Source of the DNA: Cyclobacteriaceae bacterium
Lineage (GTDB): Bacteria; Bacteroidota; Bacteroidia; Cytophagales; Cyclobacteriaceae
Assembly: GCA_947458475.1 (NCBI GenBank)
Contig: CANGZP010000004.1
Location: forward strand, 2,947 to 66,946
Direction: 5' to 3'
DNA: 64,000 nt
The position numbers and the translations under genes were made by a program. Every line of letters starts with the position of its first letter. Positions within the stretch are counted from its first letter, which is position 1. The notes below the pieces were generated by a model. It was not told the origin of the DNA and did not search any database. It was given only the letters and a program-made list of their open reading frames with translations. This document shows, piece by piece, positions 9,268 to 18,743 of the stretch.

Positions 9268-9595
9268 CCAGCAGCCCTGCTTACCACGTAGTTTGATTGC
9301 TTTTTTGGAAGCGCCAGTTCGAGTAGCAGAAAAATTAGTTAACTTGATATCAATAACAGGGGCGATTATTGTTAAGATTGACTTAAAACTCGACAAGAAT
9401 TTTTTGCTTCCGTTCAGAAAACAGTTAGCTAGTGAATTTTTCAAACGCTTGGAAACCAAGCGTAATTAATGGCCAAAACGCCCTTTTTTTTGAGTTTTCG
9501 GCACAAGTATCAGGATTAAGTGTTGGTTATTACCGTGCCAACACTTTAGTTATTTCAATTTTTTGGCACAGTAATATTTCCAATCAAACTGCAGT

Positions 9596-11008
9596 ATGGA
9601 CATGAAATTAGTAGGCAGAATTCGTGAGCAAGAGCTTTTAACCGATGCCCTCACGAGCCACCGATCTGAGTTGGTCGCAATCTATGGTAGAAGGAGAATA
9701 GGAAAAACCTATCTAGTGAGGGCTTTCTTCGGAAAGCAAATCACCTTTAGCTTCACCGGGTTAAGTAAAGGAAAGAGGTCTGAACAATTAAAAAGTTTCA
9801 TGCTTAAATTGAATGAAGTGTCTGCCGAATTCATGCTTAAAAAGCCCAGAGATTGGCTTGAAGCATTCAGCTATTTTAAATCCTATTTAAAGGGAATAAA
9901 GGAAACACATAAAAAGAAGGTGGTGTTTATTGATGAATTTCCTTGGGTAGATTCACATAAATCAGGCTTTTTACCCGCATTTGAAAATTTTTGGAATGAC
10001 TACTGTACGACGAGATCAGACCTTCTTGTGGTCGTATGTGGTTCTGCAGCGGCCTATATGGTAAAAAATATTATCAATAATTCTGCAGGATTAAGTAAAA
10101 GGGTAACTCAAACTATTAAACTCAGTCCTTTTAGTTTAGGTGAAACTCGTGATTTTTTTAGGCACAAAGGGATTCCAATGGAGGAATATGAAATTTTGAA
10201 AATATACATGGTTTTGGGAGGGGTTGCTGAGTACTTGGAGCATGTAAAGCCAGGAGAGTCTGCCATGACAACGATAGAAAATCTATGTTTTAAACCAAGG
10301 GCGTATTTGGAGGATGAATATAACCAAGTCTTTAAATCTCTATTTGAAGAGCGTTCTTATCATCAAAAGATTATGGATGCGCTGGCGGGGGGAAACAAAA
10401 AAGGAATGACCCGAGAGGAGATTCTTGAAGTTTTGCAAGTTTCTTCTGGAGGAAGGTTTTCAGATTCATTGGACGACCTGCTTCAATCGGGGTTTTTGTT
10501 GAAATATGATTCATTTAGGAATAAAAAAAAGACCTTACTTTTTAGAATCTTTGACGAGCACTGTTTATTTCACCTTCAGTTTATGAGACCATTCAGTGGA
10601 TCAAATTGGATGCAAATTTTTCAGAAACAAGAATATAAAACGTGGTGTGGTTATGCCTTCGAAACCATTTGTCTAAAGCATGTCAATCAAGTCAAGAAAG
10701 GATTGAAATGTGATCAAATTCAATCTTCAAATTATAGCTGGAGTAACGATAAGGCTCAAATTGATTTGGTAATCAATCGAGATGACGGCGTAATTACACT
10801 TTTAGAGATTAAGTTTTTCAACGATGAAATGAGTTTAACTCAATCAGATCTTGATTGCTTAAGAAATAAAGAAAATCAATTCCGGCTTACAACTAAAACC
10901 AAAAAAGGCCACTATACAGGAATGCTGACTACTTGGGGAGTAAAACCAAATGAATACAGCAAAGCAATCGTTTCGAACAATCTAACCATGCATTGTCTCT
11001 TTGACTGA
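9596..11008 (+). CDS. Archaeal-type AAA ATPase with C-terminal PD-(D/E)xK nuclease-like domain
   Basis: Walker A YGRRRIGKT; Walker B FIDEFPW; C-terminal IDLV...LLEIK; visibly AT-richer than flanks. Confidence 0.82.
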   Translation: MDMKLVGRIREQELLTDALTSHRSELVAIYGRRRIGKTYLVRAFFGKQITFSFTGLSKGKRSEQLKSFMLKLNEVSAEFMLKKPRDWLEAFSYFKSYLKGIKETHKKKVVFIDEFPWVDSHKSGFLPAFENFWNDYCTTRSDLLVVVCGSAAAYMVKNIINNSAGLSKRVTQTIKLSPFSLGETRDFFRHKGIPMEEYEILKIYMVLGGVAEYLEHVKPGESAMTTIENLCFKPRAYLEDEYNQVFKSLFEERSYHQKIMDALAGGNKKGMTREEILEVLQVSSGGRFSDSLDDLLQSGFLLKYDSFRNKKKTLLFRIFDEHCLFHLQFMRPFSGSNWMQIFQKQEYKTWCGYAFETICLKHVNQVKKGLKCDQIQSSNYSWSNDKAQIDLVINRDDGVITLLEIKFFNDEMSLTQSDLDCLRNKENQFRLTTKTKKGHYTGMLTTWGVKPNEYSKAIVSNNLTMHCLFD

Positions 11009-11060
11009 CGTTAGGAAAAACCACGTACGCCGGTTTGTTTATGAATTTCGTGGTGTCTAT

Positions 11061-12716
11061 CTACTTGTAAATCAGTTCGTAGTATTCTCGGGCCATGCGG
11101 TTGCTTTCAAAACTGGCCAGTACCTCTTGCATGCCTGCCTGCACGATATCTCGCCATTTCCGCTTGTTGCTGTAGTAGAGTGGAAGAATCTCGTTGGTCA
11201 AGATCTCATAGAGGTGATCCAAATCGTGGTCGTCCTGATCTTCGATGGATAGCCTATGATAGTCTGCTTGAGGTACGATAAAGCTATTCTCTCCATGCTT
11301 GGCAAATTCACAGATCCAGCCATCGTCGGTACTGAAATTGACAGAGCCGTTCATGGATGCGGTCATTCCTGAGGTACCCGATGCTTCCCGAGGCACGCGA
11401 GGATTGTTGAGCCAGAGGTCTGACGCTTGCTTGAGGCGCTTGCTTAGCGCCAGTTCATAGCCCACACACACGGCCACATTCTTGAAGCGCTTGCTCAGGT
11501 GCACCAGCGAATTGAATACCGAAATAGCACCATAGTCCATGGGATAGGGCTTTCCTGCCCAGATGATTTGTACCGGAAGCTGTGTATTGTTGACCAAGGC
11601 TTCAAATCGCTCCAGATCTCGTGTGATTAAGTCGGGGCGCTTGTAGGCCGCAAATCTTCTCGCCCAAACAATAGTGAGTACATCGGGATCGAAGATTTTA
11701 CCGGTTTGGTCGGCCACAATCTCAAAAGCCCGCTTTTTGAGGTGGCGTTTTCGGTCATCAAAGCCAGCATTATCTGCCTCTTCCATGAAGCGGTAGAGTT
11801 GTTTGTCAGACCAATACTTCCAGTTTTGTGCGTTGGTGACGGATTGAATGGTTGGGATTTCGTCATACCCTGCCCACATTTGGCGGCTCACCTCTCCGTG
11901 GAGCTTACTTACCCCGTTGGCAGCGCGAGCAAAGCGTAGGGCGGCTAGACTGTGATTGAACTGGGTTCCTTCCATTCCGGTAAGTTGCCGTACCTCTTCT
12001 TGGGAATGTCCGTAGAAGTAGCTCATTTTTTCACAGAGGTAGAAGTCGTGTTTCTCGTTTCCTGCTTCCTCTGGTGTGTGGGTCGTGAAGACCAGGCGCT
12101 TTTGGACTTCCTCTTTTTTCCCATACTTTTTCATCAGGTAAAAGGCACAACTTACCCCATGGGCTTCATTGAGGTGATAAACTTCGGGATTGAAACCCAA
12201 AATATCGATCAGCGTGGCTCCGCCGATGCCCAGAAGCATCATTTGTGCAATTTTTGCAGCGGTATCTGAGTCGTACAAGCGATGGGTAATGGTTTGACTG
12301 AGGTAGTCATTTTCCGGAAGGTCCGTGCTCAGCAGAAAAAGGGGTGCTGATTGGAAGGTTTCTGGAGCCAGATAGTAGGCCTTCACCCAGACGGGTTGGT
12401 TGTGTACGGGTACCGTAAACTTGATGCCCGTATCTTCCAAAAAACTGTAATACTTCTCGTACCATTCTGCCTTCAAGGTTTGGTCTTGGTTGCGAACTTG
12501 GTCGTAATAGCCATACTTCCAAAGGATGCCGATACCTATCAGGTTTTGCTTTAGCTCATAGGCGCTGCGCAAATGGGAACCGGAAAGGAAGCCAAGTCCA
12601 CCGCTGTAGGTTTTAAGGGGCTGGTGGATGGCAAACTCCATCGAAAAATAGGCTACCGATTTGGAGAATGCTTTTGCTGGGGTATAGGGAAGGGTATAGT
12701 TGTTGAATTGTGTCAT
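11061..12716 (-). CDS. Short alpha-glucan phosphorylase family (GT35) protein
   Basis: AYFSMEF, YSGGLG, HLNEAH, FTTHTP, ARRFAAYKR, EASGTSGM. Confidence 0.88.
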   Translation of the reverse strand: MTQFNNYTLPYTPAKAFSKSVAYFSMEFAIHQPLKTYSGGLGFLSGSHLRSAYELKQNLIGIGILWKYGYYDQVRNQDQTLKAEWYEKYYSFLEDTGIKFTVPVHNQPVWVKAYYLAPETFQSAPLFLLSTDLPENDYLSQTITHRLYDSDTAAKIAQMMLLGIGGATLIDILGFNPEVYHLNEAHGVSCAFYLMKKYGKKEEVQKRLVFTTHTPEEAGNEKHDFYLCEKMSYFYGHSQEEVRQLTGMEGTQFNHSLAALRFARAANGVSKLHGEVSRQMWAGYDEIPTIQSVTNAQNWKYWSDKQLYRFMEEADNAGFDDRKRHLKKRAFEIVADQTGKIFDPDVLTIVWARRFAAYKRPDLITRDLERFEALVNNTQLPVQIIWAGKPYPMDYGAISVFNSLVHLSKRFKNVAVCVGYELALSKRLKQASDLWLNNPRVPREASGTSGMTASMNGSVNFSTDDGWICEFAKHGENSFIVPQADYHRLSIEDQDDHDLDHLYEILTNEILPLYYSNKRKWRDIVQAGMQEVLASFESNRMAREYYELIYK

Positions 12717-12800
12717 TGCATTTGGGGGGTGGGCGAATCGAAATTTACAACCAAATGCTGGAAAAGGGGAAAGCGAGGATAAATTTTAAAGGAAAACAAA

Positions 12801-12830
12801 AAAAGGCCCCGCAGATATGCGGAGCCTTTT
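12801..12830 (-). terminator. Terminator downstream of the carboxylesterase
   Basis: AAAAGGCCCCGCA-GATA-TGCGGAGCCTTTT with an A-run on the left (U-run on the minus strand). Confidence 0.7.
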
Positions 12831-12835
12831 GCTAG

Positions 12836-14500
12836 TTAAGCGGTTGGTAGCGCTGTCCGTGCCGCACGATCTGGGTCGTTTTGAACTTCTGAAACATCGT
12901 TGAGTACCATGGTTTCTCCTTTTTCCACAGTGAATTTAGGCCAGGAGGGCAGTCCTGCGCCATTTGGATTGCCGGTTTTCATAAACGCGAGCAAAGAGGC
13001 CGACATTTTAGCTGCAAGGGCCCGAGGGCGCTTGCCTCCTCCTGTATGGGTATACATGCGGTCGGTATTGTCGTACCAGAAACAAATGTCTATGCAGTGA
13101 AAGGCCCGCATTCGGCCGTTGTATAAGTTGGGTTCCCAACCAAACCAAGCCATGTAGACGGGTGCTGTTTGCTTTGCTTTCGCATTTCCACAAGCGACCG
13201 CGCCCTGTCTGTTGGAAGCGGCAAGGGTCATGATTTCTGCAGGCTTTTTACTCGGAAAATTTGCTTTGTAGGCTTGGTAAACTGCCCCAGCCTTGTCTGC
13301 AAATCGGGACTTCATCGCTTCGATGATTTCTGCTTCTCCAGCTGCTTCTAGCGCCGCATTGGTTCGAGTCGCCCCCCACTCGTGAAAGGTGGTACAGATC
13401 ATTAGCGGAATGTCATTGGTGTGGTCGGTTGAATTACTAAAAAACTCTCCTGTAGGCACATTTACGCCATCGGCGACGGGTCCATAACCGCCTCGAAAAC
13501 CGGGAAGTGGATTTTCCTTGCGCATCCGGTCCAGTGCTTTATTTGCTATATCGATGTAGGTTCTCCAAGGAATGTCTTGTAGCTTGTCTACTTCTGTTGG
13601 ACCGAGACCAGCAGCTTCCAAGACAAAGCTTCCCAGCTTTCGGCTGTACTCTTGGCTATTTGCTTTGAGCATGCTTCCGCTAAGGGCCACACCTTTGTGG
13701 ACGAGTCCTTTGGCGGCCGGCATGGCCATCGTGCAAGTCACTTTTGCACCCCCACCAGATTGGCCCATGATTGTGACATTACCTGGGTCTCCTCCGAAGT
13801 TGGCGATATTGTCTCTTACCCATTGCAGGGATGCGATGATATCCAGTTGGCTGACATTTCCCGAGGCAGCATACTTTTCTCCGCCCACACCAGAGAGGTC
13901 GGTAAATCCGATAGGCCCCAAACGGTGGTTGATGGAGACAAAGACAGCCTCTCCTTTTTTGGCAAAGTTTTCTCCGTGGTACCCATCTTGTTCAATACCG
14001 TTTCCGTTCGTGAACCCACCTCCATGCAGCCAAACCAATACGGGTCTTTTTTTGCCATCGGCTAGTCCATTGGTCCAAAGGTTTAGCTTGAGGCAATCTT
14101 CGGAGACGTCATCATAGTTCCAATGATCCGCAAAAGAAGCATGTGCATTCGCATAGCGGCGGTCCATGATTTGAGGAGCGGTATTGCCCCACCAGATGGT
14201 GTCTTTAATTCCTTCCCAAGGGCTAGGTTTTTGGGGAGGCATAAATCGGTTTTTTCCTCCAGTGTCTGCTCCATAGGGAACCCCTAAGAAGGTGTATACA
14301 CCATGGAGTTGGTAGCCTCTTACCTTTCCAAAACTGGTGTTGGCTATAGCGATGTCATCTCCGATGTGGAGGTATTGCTCGTCCTCATTCACTTGAGTGG
14401 GCGTTGGAGCTGTGCCGGCATTCACAGCAAATGGTGCGGCAGCTAAGGCGGCGGAACTTACGCCGACCTTTTGTAAAAAGGATCGTCTACTGTTTTTCAT
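12836..14500 (-). CDS. Type-B carboxylesterase with Tat signal peptide
   Basis: SRRSFL Tat motif; SEDCLKLNLW, WLHGGGF, GQSGG. Confidence 0.9.
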   Translation of the reverse strand: MKNSRRSFLQKVGVSSAALAAAPFAVNAGTAPTPTQVNEDEQYLHIGDDIAIANTSFGKVRGYQLHGVYTFLGVPYGADTGGKNRFMPPQKPSPWEGIKDTIWWGNTAPQIMDRRYANAHASFADHWNYDDVSEDCLKLNLWTNGLADGKKRPVLVWLHGGGFTNGNGIEQDGYHGENFAKKGEAVFVSINHRLGPIGFTDLSGVGGEKYAASGNVSQLDIIASLQWVRDNIANFGGDPGNVTIMGQSGGGAKVTCTMAMPAAKGLVHKGVALSGSMLKANSQEYSRKLGSFVLEAAGLGPTEVDKLQDIPWRTYIDIANKALDRMRKENPLPGFRGGYGPVADGVNVPTGEFFSNSTDHTNDIPLMICTTFHEWGATRTNAALEAAGEAEIIEAMKSRFADKAGAVYQAYKANFPSKKPAEIMTLAASNRQGAVACGNAKAKQTAPVYMAWFGWEPNLYNGRMRAFHCIDICFWYDNTDRMYTHTGGGKRPRALAAKMSASLLAFMKTGNPNGAGLPSWPKFTVEKGETMVLNDVSEVQNDPDRAARTALPTA

Positions 14501-14640
14501 AGGTTCTTTGGGCTAAATTGAATGCATAAGTTGTGCCCTAAATCTAAGAAAATCAAGACTTTGCTTCGCGAAGTGTTGAGCGGAAAAAATTAGCCTTTTG
14601 ACAGGTAATACTGAATAGGGATGGATGGGCTGCAAAGAAA

Positions 14641-14670
14641 AAGCCGTTGATCTGCAAAGACCAACGGCTT
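14641..14670 (-). terminator. Terminator downstream of the M28 peptidase
   Basis: AAGCCGTTG...CAACGGCTT preceded by an A-run. Confidence 0.65.
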
Positions 14671-14689
14671 ATAACTGTGGATAACTTTT

Positions 14690-15931
14690 TTAGAATTTCA
14701 CTTTGGCAGCGATTTTTTGTCCTGCCCGTTCAAGCACGACCTGCGTTGAGTCGCCTTTTTTGAACACGCTCAATGCGCGCATGTAGCCCATCATGTCGTT
14801 GATGGTGGAGTCGCCGAGTTGGATGACAATGTCGCCTTTTTGCAGTCCCGCAGCTTGTGCTGGCTTGCCTTCTGATACGCCATCCACACGCATGCCCTTA
14901 CCATCGAAAAGGTAATCGGGAACTACGCCCATGGACACCGTAAATCTCGGAGAGTCGCTAGAGTCTTTGGTTTTGGTGAAGGCCAACTTTGGTTCTGCAT
15001 CCAGCCCCGCAATCAGTCTAGATATGTAACGAACTACCTGTACCAAACCTTCGTAGTTGATTTTTTCCGCATCATCACTAGGCTTGTGGTAGTCGGCATG
15101 CTGTCCCGTAAAGAAGTGGAGGACGGGCAGGTCTTGTAGGTAAAAGGAAGTGTGGTCCGAAGGACCTACGCCTGATTCGGAAGGAACAAGCTTGAGGCTA
15201 TCTGCATTGATGGGGTCAAGTACTGGAGGAAAACTAGGGCTCGTGCCCACTCCATGTACAGCGAGCGATTTTTCAGCGTTAAGACGACCCACCATGTCCA
15301 TGTTGATCATGTAGTTGATCGTCTTTAGGTCTATAGTTGGGTTCTTTACAAAATAATTGGATCCCCAAAGCCCATTTTCTTCTCCAGAGAAAGCAATGAA
15401 TAGGATGTTGCTTTTTAAAGTTTCGTACTTGAAAATCTTCGCTAGCGCCAAAAGGGCGGCAGTACCCGAGGCATTGTCGTCGGCACCGTTGTGGATCGCG
15501 GAATCTCCTCGGTGCAGGGACCCCTGACCGCCCATGCCTAAGTGATCAAAATGTGCTCCAATGACGATGGTTTTGTCTGCTTTTTTATCCAAAAAGGCAA
15601 CCACATTTCGACCGGTAACACCCGCTCCATTGGTGCCAATTACGGCTTCCTCATGGGGGTTGCTTGGCTTTGAAACGGTGAATTCTTGAAAAAACCCATC
15701 CGTACCCATAGGTGTCAAACCTAACTTTTCAAATTCTTGGGCAAGGTATTTAGCTGCTTTTTGCTCACCCGTGGTGCCGATGGCTCTTCCACCCAAGTCA
15801 TCAGCGGCAAGGAAATACACGTCTTTTTTCAGAGACGAGAACAATTCTTCATCTGTAGGGGGCCCATCGCAGGAACCAACGACGAAGGCAATGACAAAAA
15901 TGGGGAGGAATTTCAAAAGATGTAGTTTCAT
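14690..15931 (-). CDS. M28-family metallopeptidase lipoprotein with C-terminal PDZ domain
   Basis: Lipobox VGSC; GAHFDH, GADDNASG, GEE, NMDMVG, SDH, YH; PDZ motif PAQAAGLQKGD. Confidence 0.9.
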   Translation of the reverse strand: MKLHLLKFLPIFVIAFVVGSCDGPPTDEELFSSLKKDVYFLAADDLGGRAIGTTGEQKAAKYLAQEFEKLGLTPMGTDGFFQEFTVSKPSNPHEEAVIGTNGAGVTGRNVVAFLDKKADKTIVIGAHFDHLGMGGQGSLHRGDSAIHNGADDNASGTAALLALAKIFKYETLKSNILFIAFSGEENGLWGSNYFVKNPTIDLKTINYMINMDMVGRLNAEKSLAVHGVGTSPSFPPVLDPINADSLKLVPSESGVGPSDHTSFYLQDLPVLHFFTGQHADYHKPSDDAEKINYEGLVQVVRYISRLIAGLDAEPKLAFTKTKDSSDSPRFTVSMGVVPDYLFDGKGMRVDGVSEGKPAQAAGLQKGDIVIQLGDSTINDMMGYMRALSVFKKGDSTQVVLERAGQKIAAKVKF

Positions 15932-15949
15932 CGGGCGGGATATTTAGCC

Positions 15950-15973
15950 CAAAGATAATAAGTAGTATCTTTG
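15950..15973. promoter_or_regulatory. Back-to-back divergent -7 promoter elements
   Basis: CAAAGATA (15950-15957) and TATCTTTG (15966-15973), both TAnnTTTG on opposite strands. Confidence 0.65.
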
Positions 15974-16003
15974 CCGGCATATTCTTTTTAGTCAAGATTC
16001 CTC

Positions 16004-17101
16004 ATGAAGACCTTACGCCAACTCGGATTAGTTCTCCCCTTGTTAGTAACTGCCCTTACCCTTGTGGGTCAAGAGAAGCGATCTGCTTCAGATTCCTTGT
16101 TGCTGCACCCTGAGGAGATGAAATACCTCAAAAACATCAAGCAGCTTACTTTTGGTGGCAATAATGCCGAGGCCTATTGGTCTTTCGACGACAGCAAACT
16201 CGTATTCCAGTCTGATTATGCAAAATGGGGCAATTCCTGCGATCAGATGTTTTACCTAGACTGGAAAAAAGACGACCTATCTAAAAACACGCCCGCAAGG
16301 TTAAGCACAGGATTAGGACGCACGACCTGCGCCTATTTCCTACCAGGAGATAAAACAATCGTTTACGCCTCAACTCACCTAGTAGACCCGGCCTGTCCTC
16401 CTGTACCTGAGCGAAGAGCAGATGGCAAGTATGTATGGCCGATCTATCCGAGCTTCGATATTTTTACCGCGGATATGAAGGGAAATATTCTTTCCCAATT
16501 GACCCATGAGGCCGGCTACGATGCGGAAGCGACCGTTTCTCCCAAAGGTGATAAAATCGTGTTTACTTCCATGCGAACCGGTGATTTAGAGCTATTTACC
16601 ATGAACATTGATGGCACGGACGTGAAGCAAATCACTACGGAATTGGGTTACGATGGGGGCGCATTCTTCTCTCCCGATGGCACCAAGTTGGTTTGGAGAG
16701 CTTCTCGTCCTCAGACTCCAGAAGCCATTCAAGAATACCAAGACCTCCTCAAAGAGGGATTGGTGAAGCCTACCGACATGGAATTGTATGTGTCCAATGT
16801 GGACGGAACAGACATCCGCAAGATCACGAGCCTGGGTAAAGCCAACTGGGCTCCCTTCTTTCACCCGTCTGGCAAGAAGTTAATTTTTGCTTCCAACCAC
16901 CAGACGCAACGCGGGTATCCCTTCAACCTGTTTATGGTCAACCTAGACGGTACAGGCCTTACACGCATTACGCATGATGGGACCTTTGATGCATTTCCGG
17001 TGTTTTCCAACAATGGCAAGTACCTCGTATTTGCCTCCAACCGCAACAATGGTGGTACGCGAGACACGAACTTGTTCGTAGCTGAGTGGATTGGGGATTG
17101 A
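16004..17101 (+). CDS. Secreted TolB-like beta-propeller (PD40 repeat) protein
   Basis: Signal peptide; repeated SPxG-KIVF-S units. Confidence 0.85.
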   Translation: MKTLRQLGLVLPLLVTALTLVGQEKRSASDSLLLHPEEMKYLKNIKQLTFGGNNAEAYWSFDDSKLVFQSDYAKWGNSCDQMFYLDWKKDDLSKNTPARLSTGLGRTTCAYFLPGDKTIVYASTHLVDPACPPVPERRADGKYVWPIYPSFDIFTADMKGNILSQLTHEAGYDAEATVSPKGDKIVFTSMRTGDLELFTMNIDGTDVKQITTELGYDGGAFFSPDGTKLVWRASRPQTPEAIQEYQDLLKEGLVKPTDMELYVSNVDGTDIRKITSLGKANWAPFFHPSGKKLIFASNHQTQRGYPFNLFMVNLDGTGLTRITHDGTFDAFPVFSNNGKYLVFASNRNNGGTRDTNLFVAEWIGD

Positions 17102-17111
17102 TTTGAAGTCC

Positions 17112-18641
17112 CTACAATTCTTCTAAATGAGCTAAGTAATCCTCGGCTTGGTCCAAGAGTTCCTGCCGGTTGCCCATCTTGTCCCAGGTGCGGTAGACCA
17201 TGCCAATGCGTGGATTTTTCTCAAGCAGTTCTCTGTTTCGGGCATGAAAGTGCCAATAGAGACTGTTGAATGGACAGGCACCTTCTCCCGTTTTCTTTTC
17301 GGCCTGGTAGGCACAGTTGCTACAGTAGTTACCCTGCTTTTTGATGTAGTTGGCTGAGGACACGTAAGGCTTGGTGCCGACGATGCCGCCATCGGCAAAC
17401 TGGCTCATGCCTCGAGTATTCGTGATTTCGACCCACTCGATCGCATCGATGTAGATGCCAAGGTACCATTGATCTACCTCGTCGGGGTGAATCCCTGCCA
17501 GCAAGGTAAAATTACCCGTTACCATCAGTCGCTGAATGTGGTGGGCATAGGCCAAATCCAAGGATTGGGTGATGGATTGGTGGAGGCAGTTCATTTTTGT
17601 TTTTCCTGTCCAAAACCAACTTGGGAGCTTTCGCTCGTGCCCAAAGTAGTTCAGCTGCGCAAATTCAGGCATTTTGGCCCAGTAGATGCCACGCATGTAC
17701 TCTCTCCAGCCCAAGATCTGCCGGATAAATCCCTCTACCTGAGCAAGGCCAATCTCCTCCCGATGTGCATGCCAATACCTCTCGACGGTTTGGATTACTT
17801 CTAAGGGAGAAAGCATCTTGCTGTTGAGGGAGAAACTCAGACGGGAGTGAAATAAGTACGGGTCCCAGGTGGTGAGCGCGTCCTGATACGCTCCAAAGTG
17901 TACCAGTAGCTCTTCGCAAAAATTCTGGAGCACTTCCAAGCTCTCTTTTCGCGAAGTGGGCCAATTAAAGTGGTCTGGATCAATGTTGCCGATGCAGTTC
18001 ACCCCGGAAGCTTCTAGCATCTGGGTAATGTGCGCTACTTGCTTGGGGTGTACCCGAGGCTTCTTGAGCAGGGATCGGTCTTTTAGCGCTTTCCGGTTGT
18101 CCTGGTCAAAGTTCCATTGCCCTCCAATGGGATCCTTTCCCTCCATCAAGACCGCGTATTTTTTTCGCATTTCACGGTAAAAGGTCTCCATGAGGTAGGT
18201 TTTCTTGCCTTCAAAAAGTTGCTTTAGATAGCCACGAGAAGTTAAAAAGTGCTCCGTATCCACCGCTTCGCAGGGGATGCCAAGCGTCTCACAGCAGGCT
18301 TTCAGTTGCTGATCTAGTCGGTATTCGTCGGGAAGTAGGTATTCAAATCGGGTAAATTCTCCGCTTTTTACCAACTGATGGACCTGGGCAGAAAGGTCTT
18401 GGAGGTTTTTGGGATCATCCAAGGTCAAGTAGTACACCTTGTGTCCTTGCTCATGGAGCGTTTGAGCAAAGTGGCGCATGGACAGAAAAAAGGCAACGAC
18501 TTTTTGAATGTGGTGGGCTACATAGTCGGTCTCCTGCCGCATTTCTAGCATGAGGTAGGTGACGGATGGACTTGGCGTTGCAAACCAGGAGTGTTGGCTG
18601 TTGAGCTGGTCCCCCAACACCAAGCGCAGGATTTTGGTCAT
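17112..18641 (-). CDS. Cryptochrome/photolyase, Fe-S bacterial (PhrB/CryB-like) class
   Basis: LVLGDQL, HHIQK, WNFD, GWREY, HHIQRLM; four Cys (MNC, CSNC, ACPF). Confidence 0.9.
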   Translation of the reverse strand: MTKILRLVLGDQLNSQHSWFATPSPSVTYLMLEMRQETDYVAHHIQKVVAFFLSMRHFAQTLHEQGHKVYYLTLDDPKNLQDLSAQVHQLVKSGEFTRFEYLLPDEYRLDQQLKACCETLGIPCEAVDTEHFLTSRGYLKQLFEGKKTYLMETFYREMRKKYAVLMEGKDPIGGQWNFDQDNRKALKDRSLLKKPRVHPKQVAHITQMLEASGVNCIGNIDPDHFNWPTSRKESLEVLQNFCEELLVHFGAYQDALTTWDPYLFHSRLSFSLNSKMLSPLEVIQTVERYWHAHREEIGLAQVEGFIRQILGWREYMRGIYWAKMPEFAQLNYFGHERKLPSWFWTGKTKMNCLHQSITQSLDLAYAHHIQRLMVTGNFTLLAGIHPDEVDQWYLGIYIDAIEWVEITNTRGMSQFADGGIVGTKPYVSSANYIKKQGNYCSNCAYQAEKKTGEGACPFNSLYWHFHARNRELLEKNPRIGMVYRTWDKMGNRQELLDQAEDYLAHLEEL

Positions 18642-18743
18642 AAAAAAAGGAGCTTTAGTTTCTAAAGTCCTTTTTGGTAGGGAATGTTTTGATTTTGGGA
18701 TAAGCCTAGGAAAGGAGCTTGAAAAGTCAAGTTGCCGTAGGAC

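Noticed and set aside
9106-9459. 117-aa ORF, and the 188-aa ORF at 8458-9024
   Set aside because: Antisense to the tRNA genes and mutS; spurious.
9146-11060. Integrative element with attL/attR at tRNA-Leu
   Set aside because: No integrase and no duplicated tRNA 3' end found in the window; only an 8-bp edge repeat.
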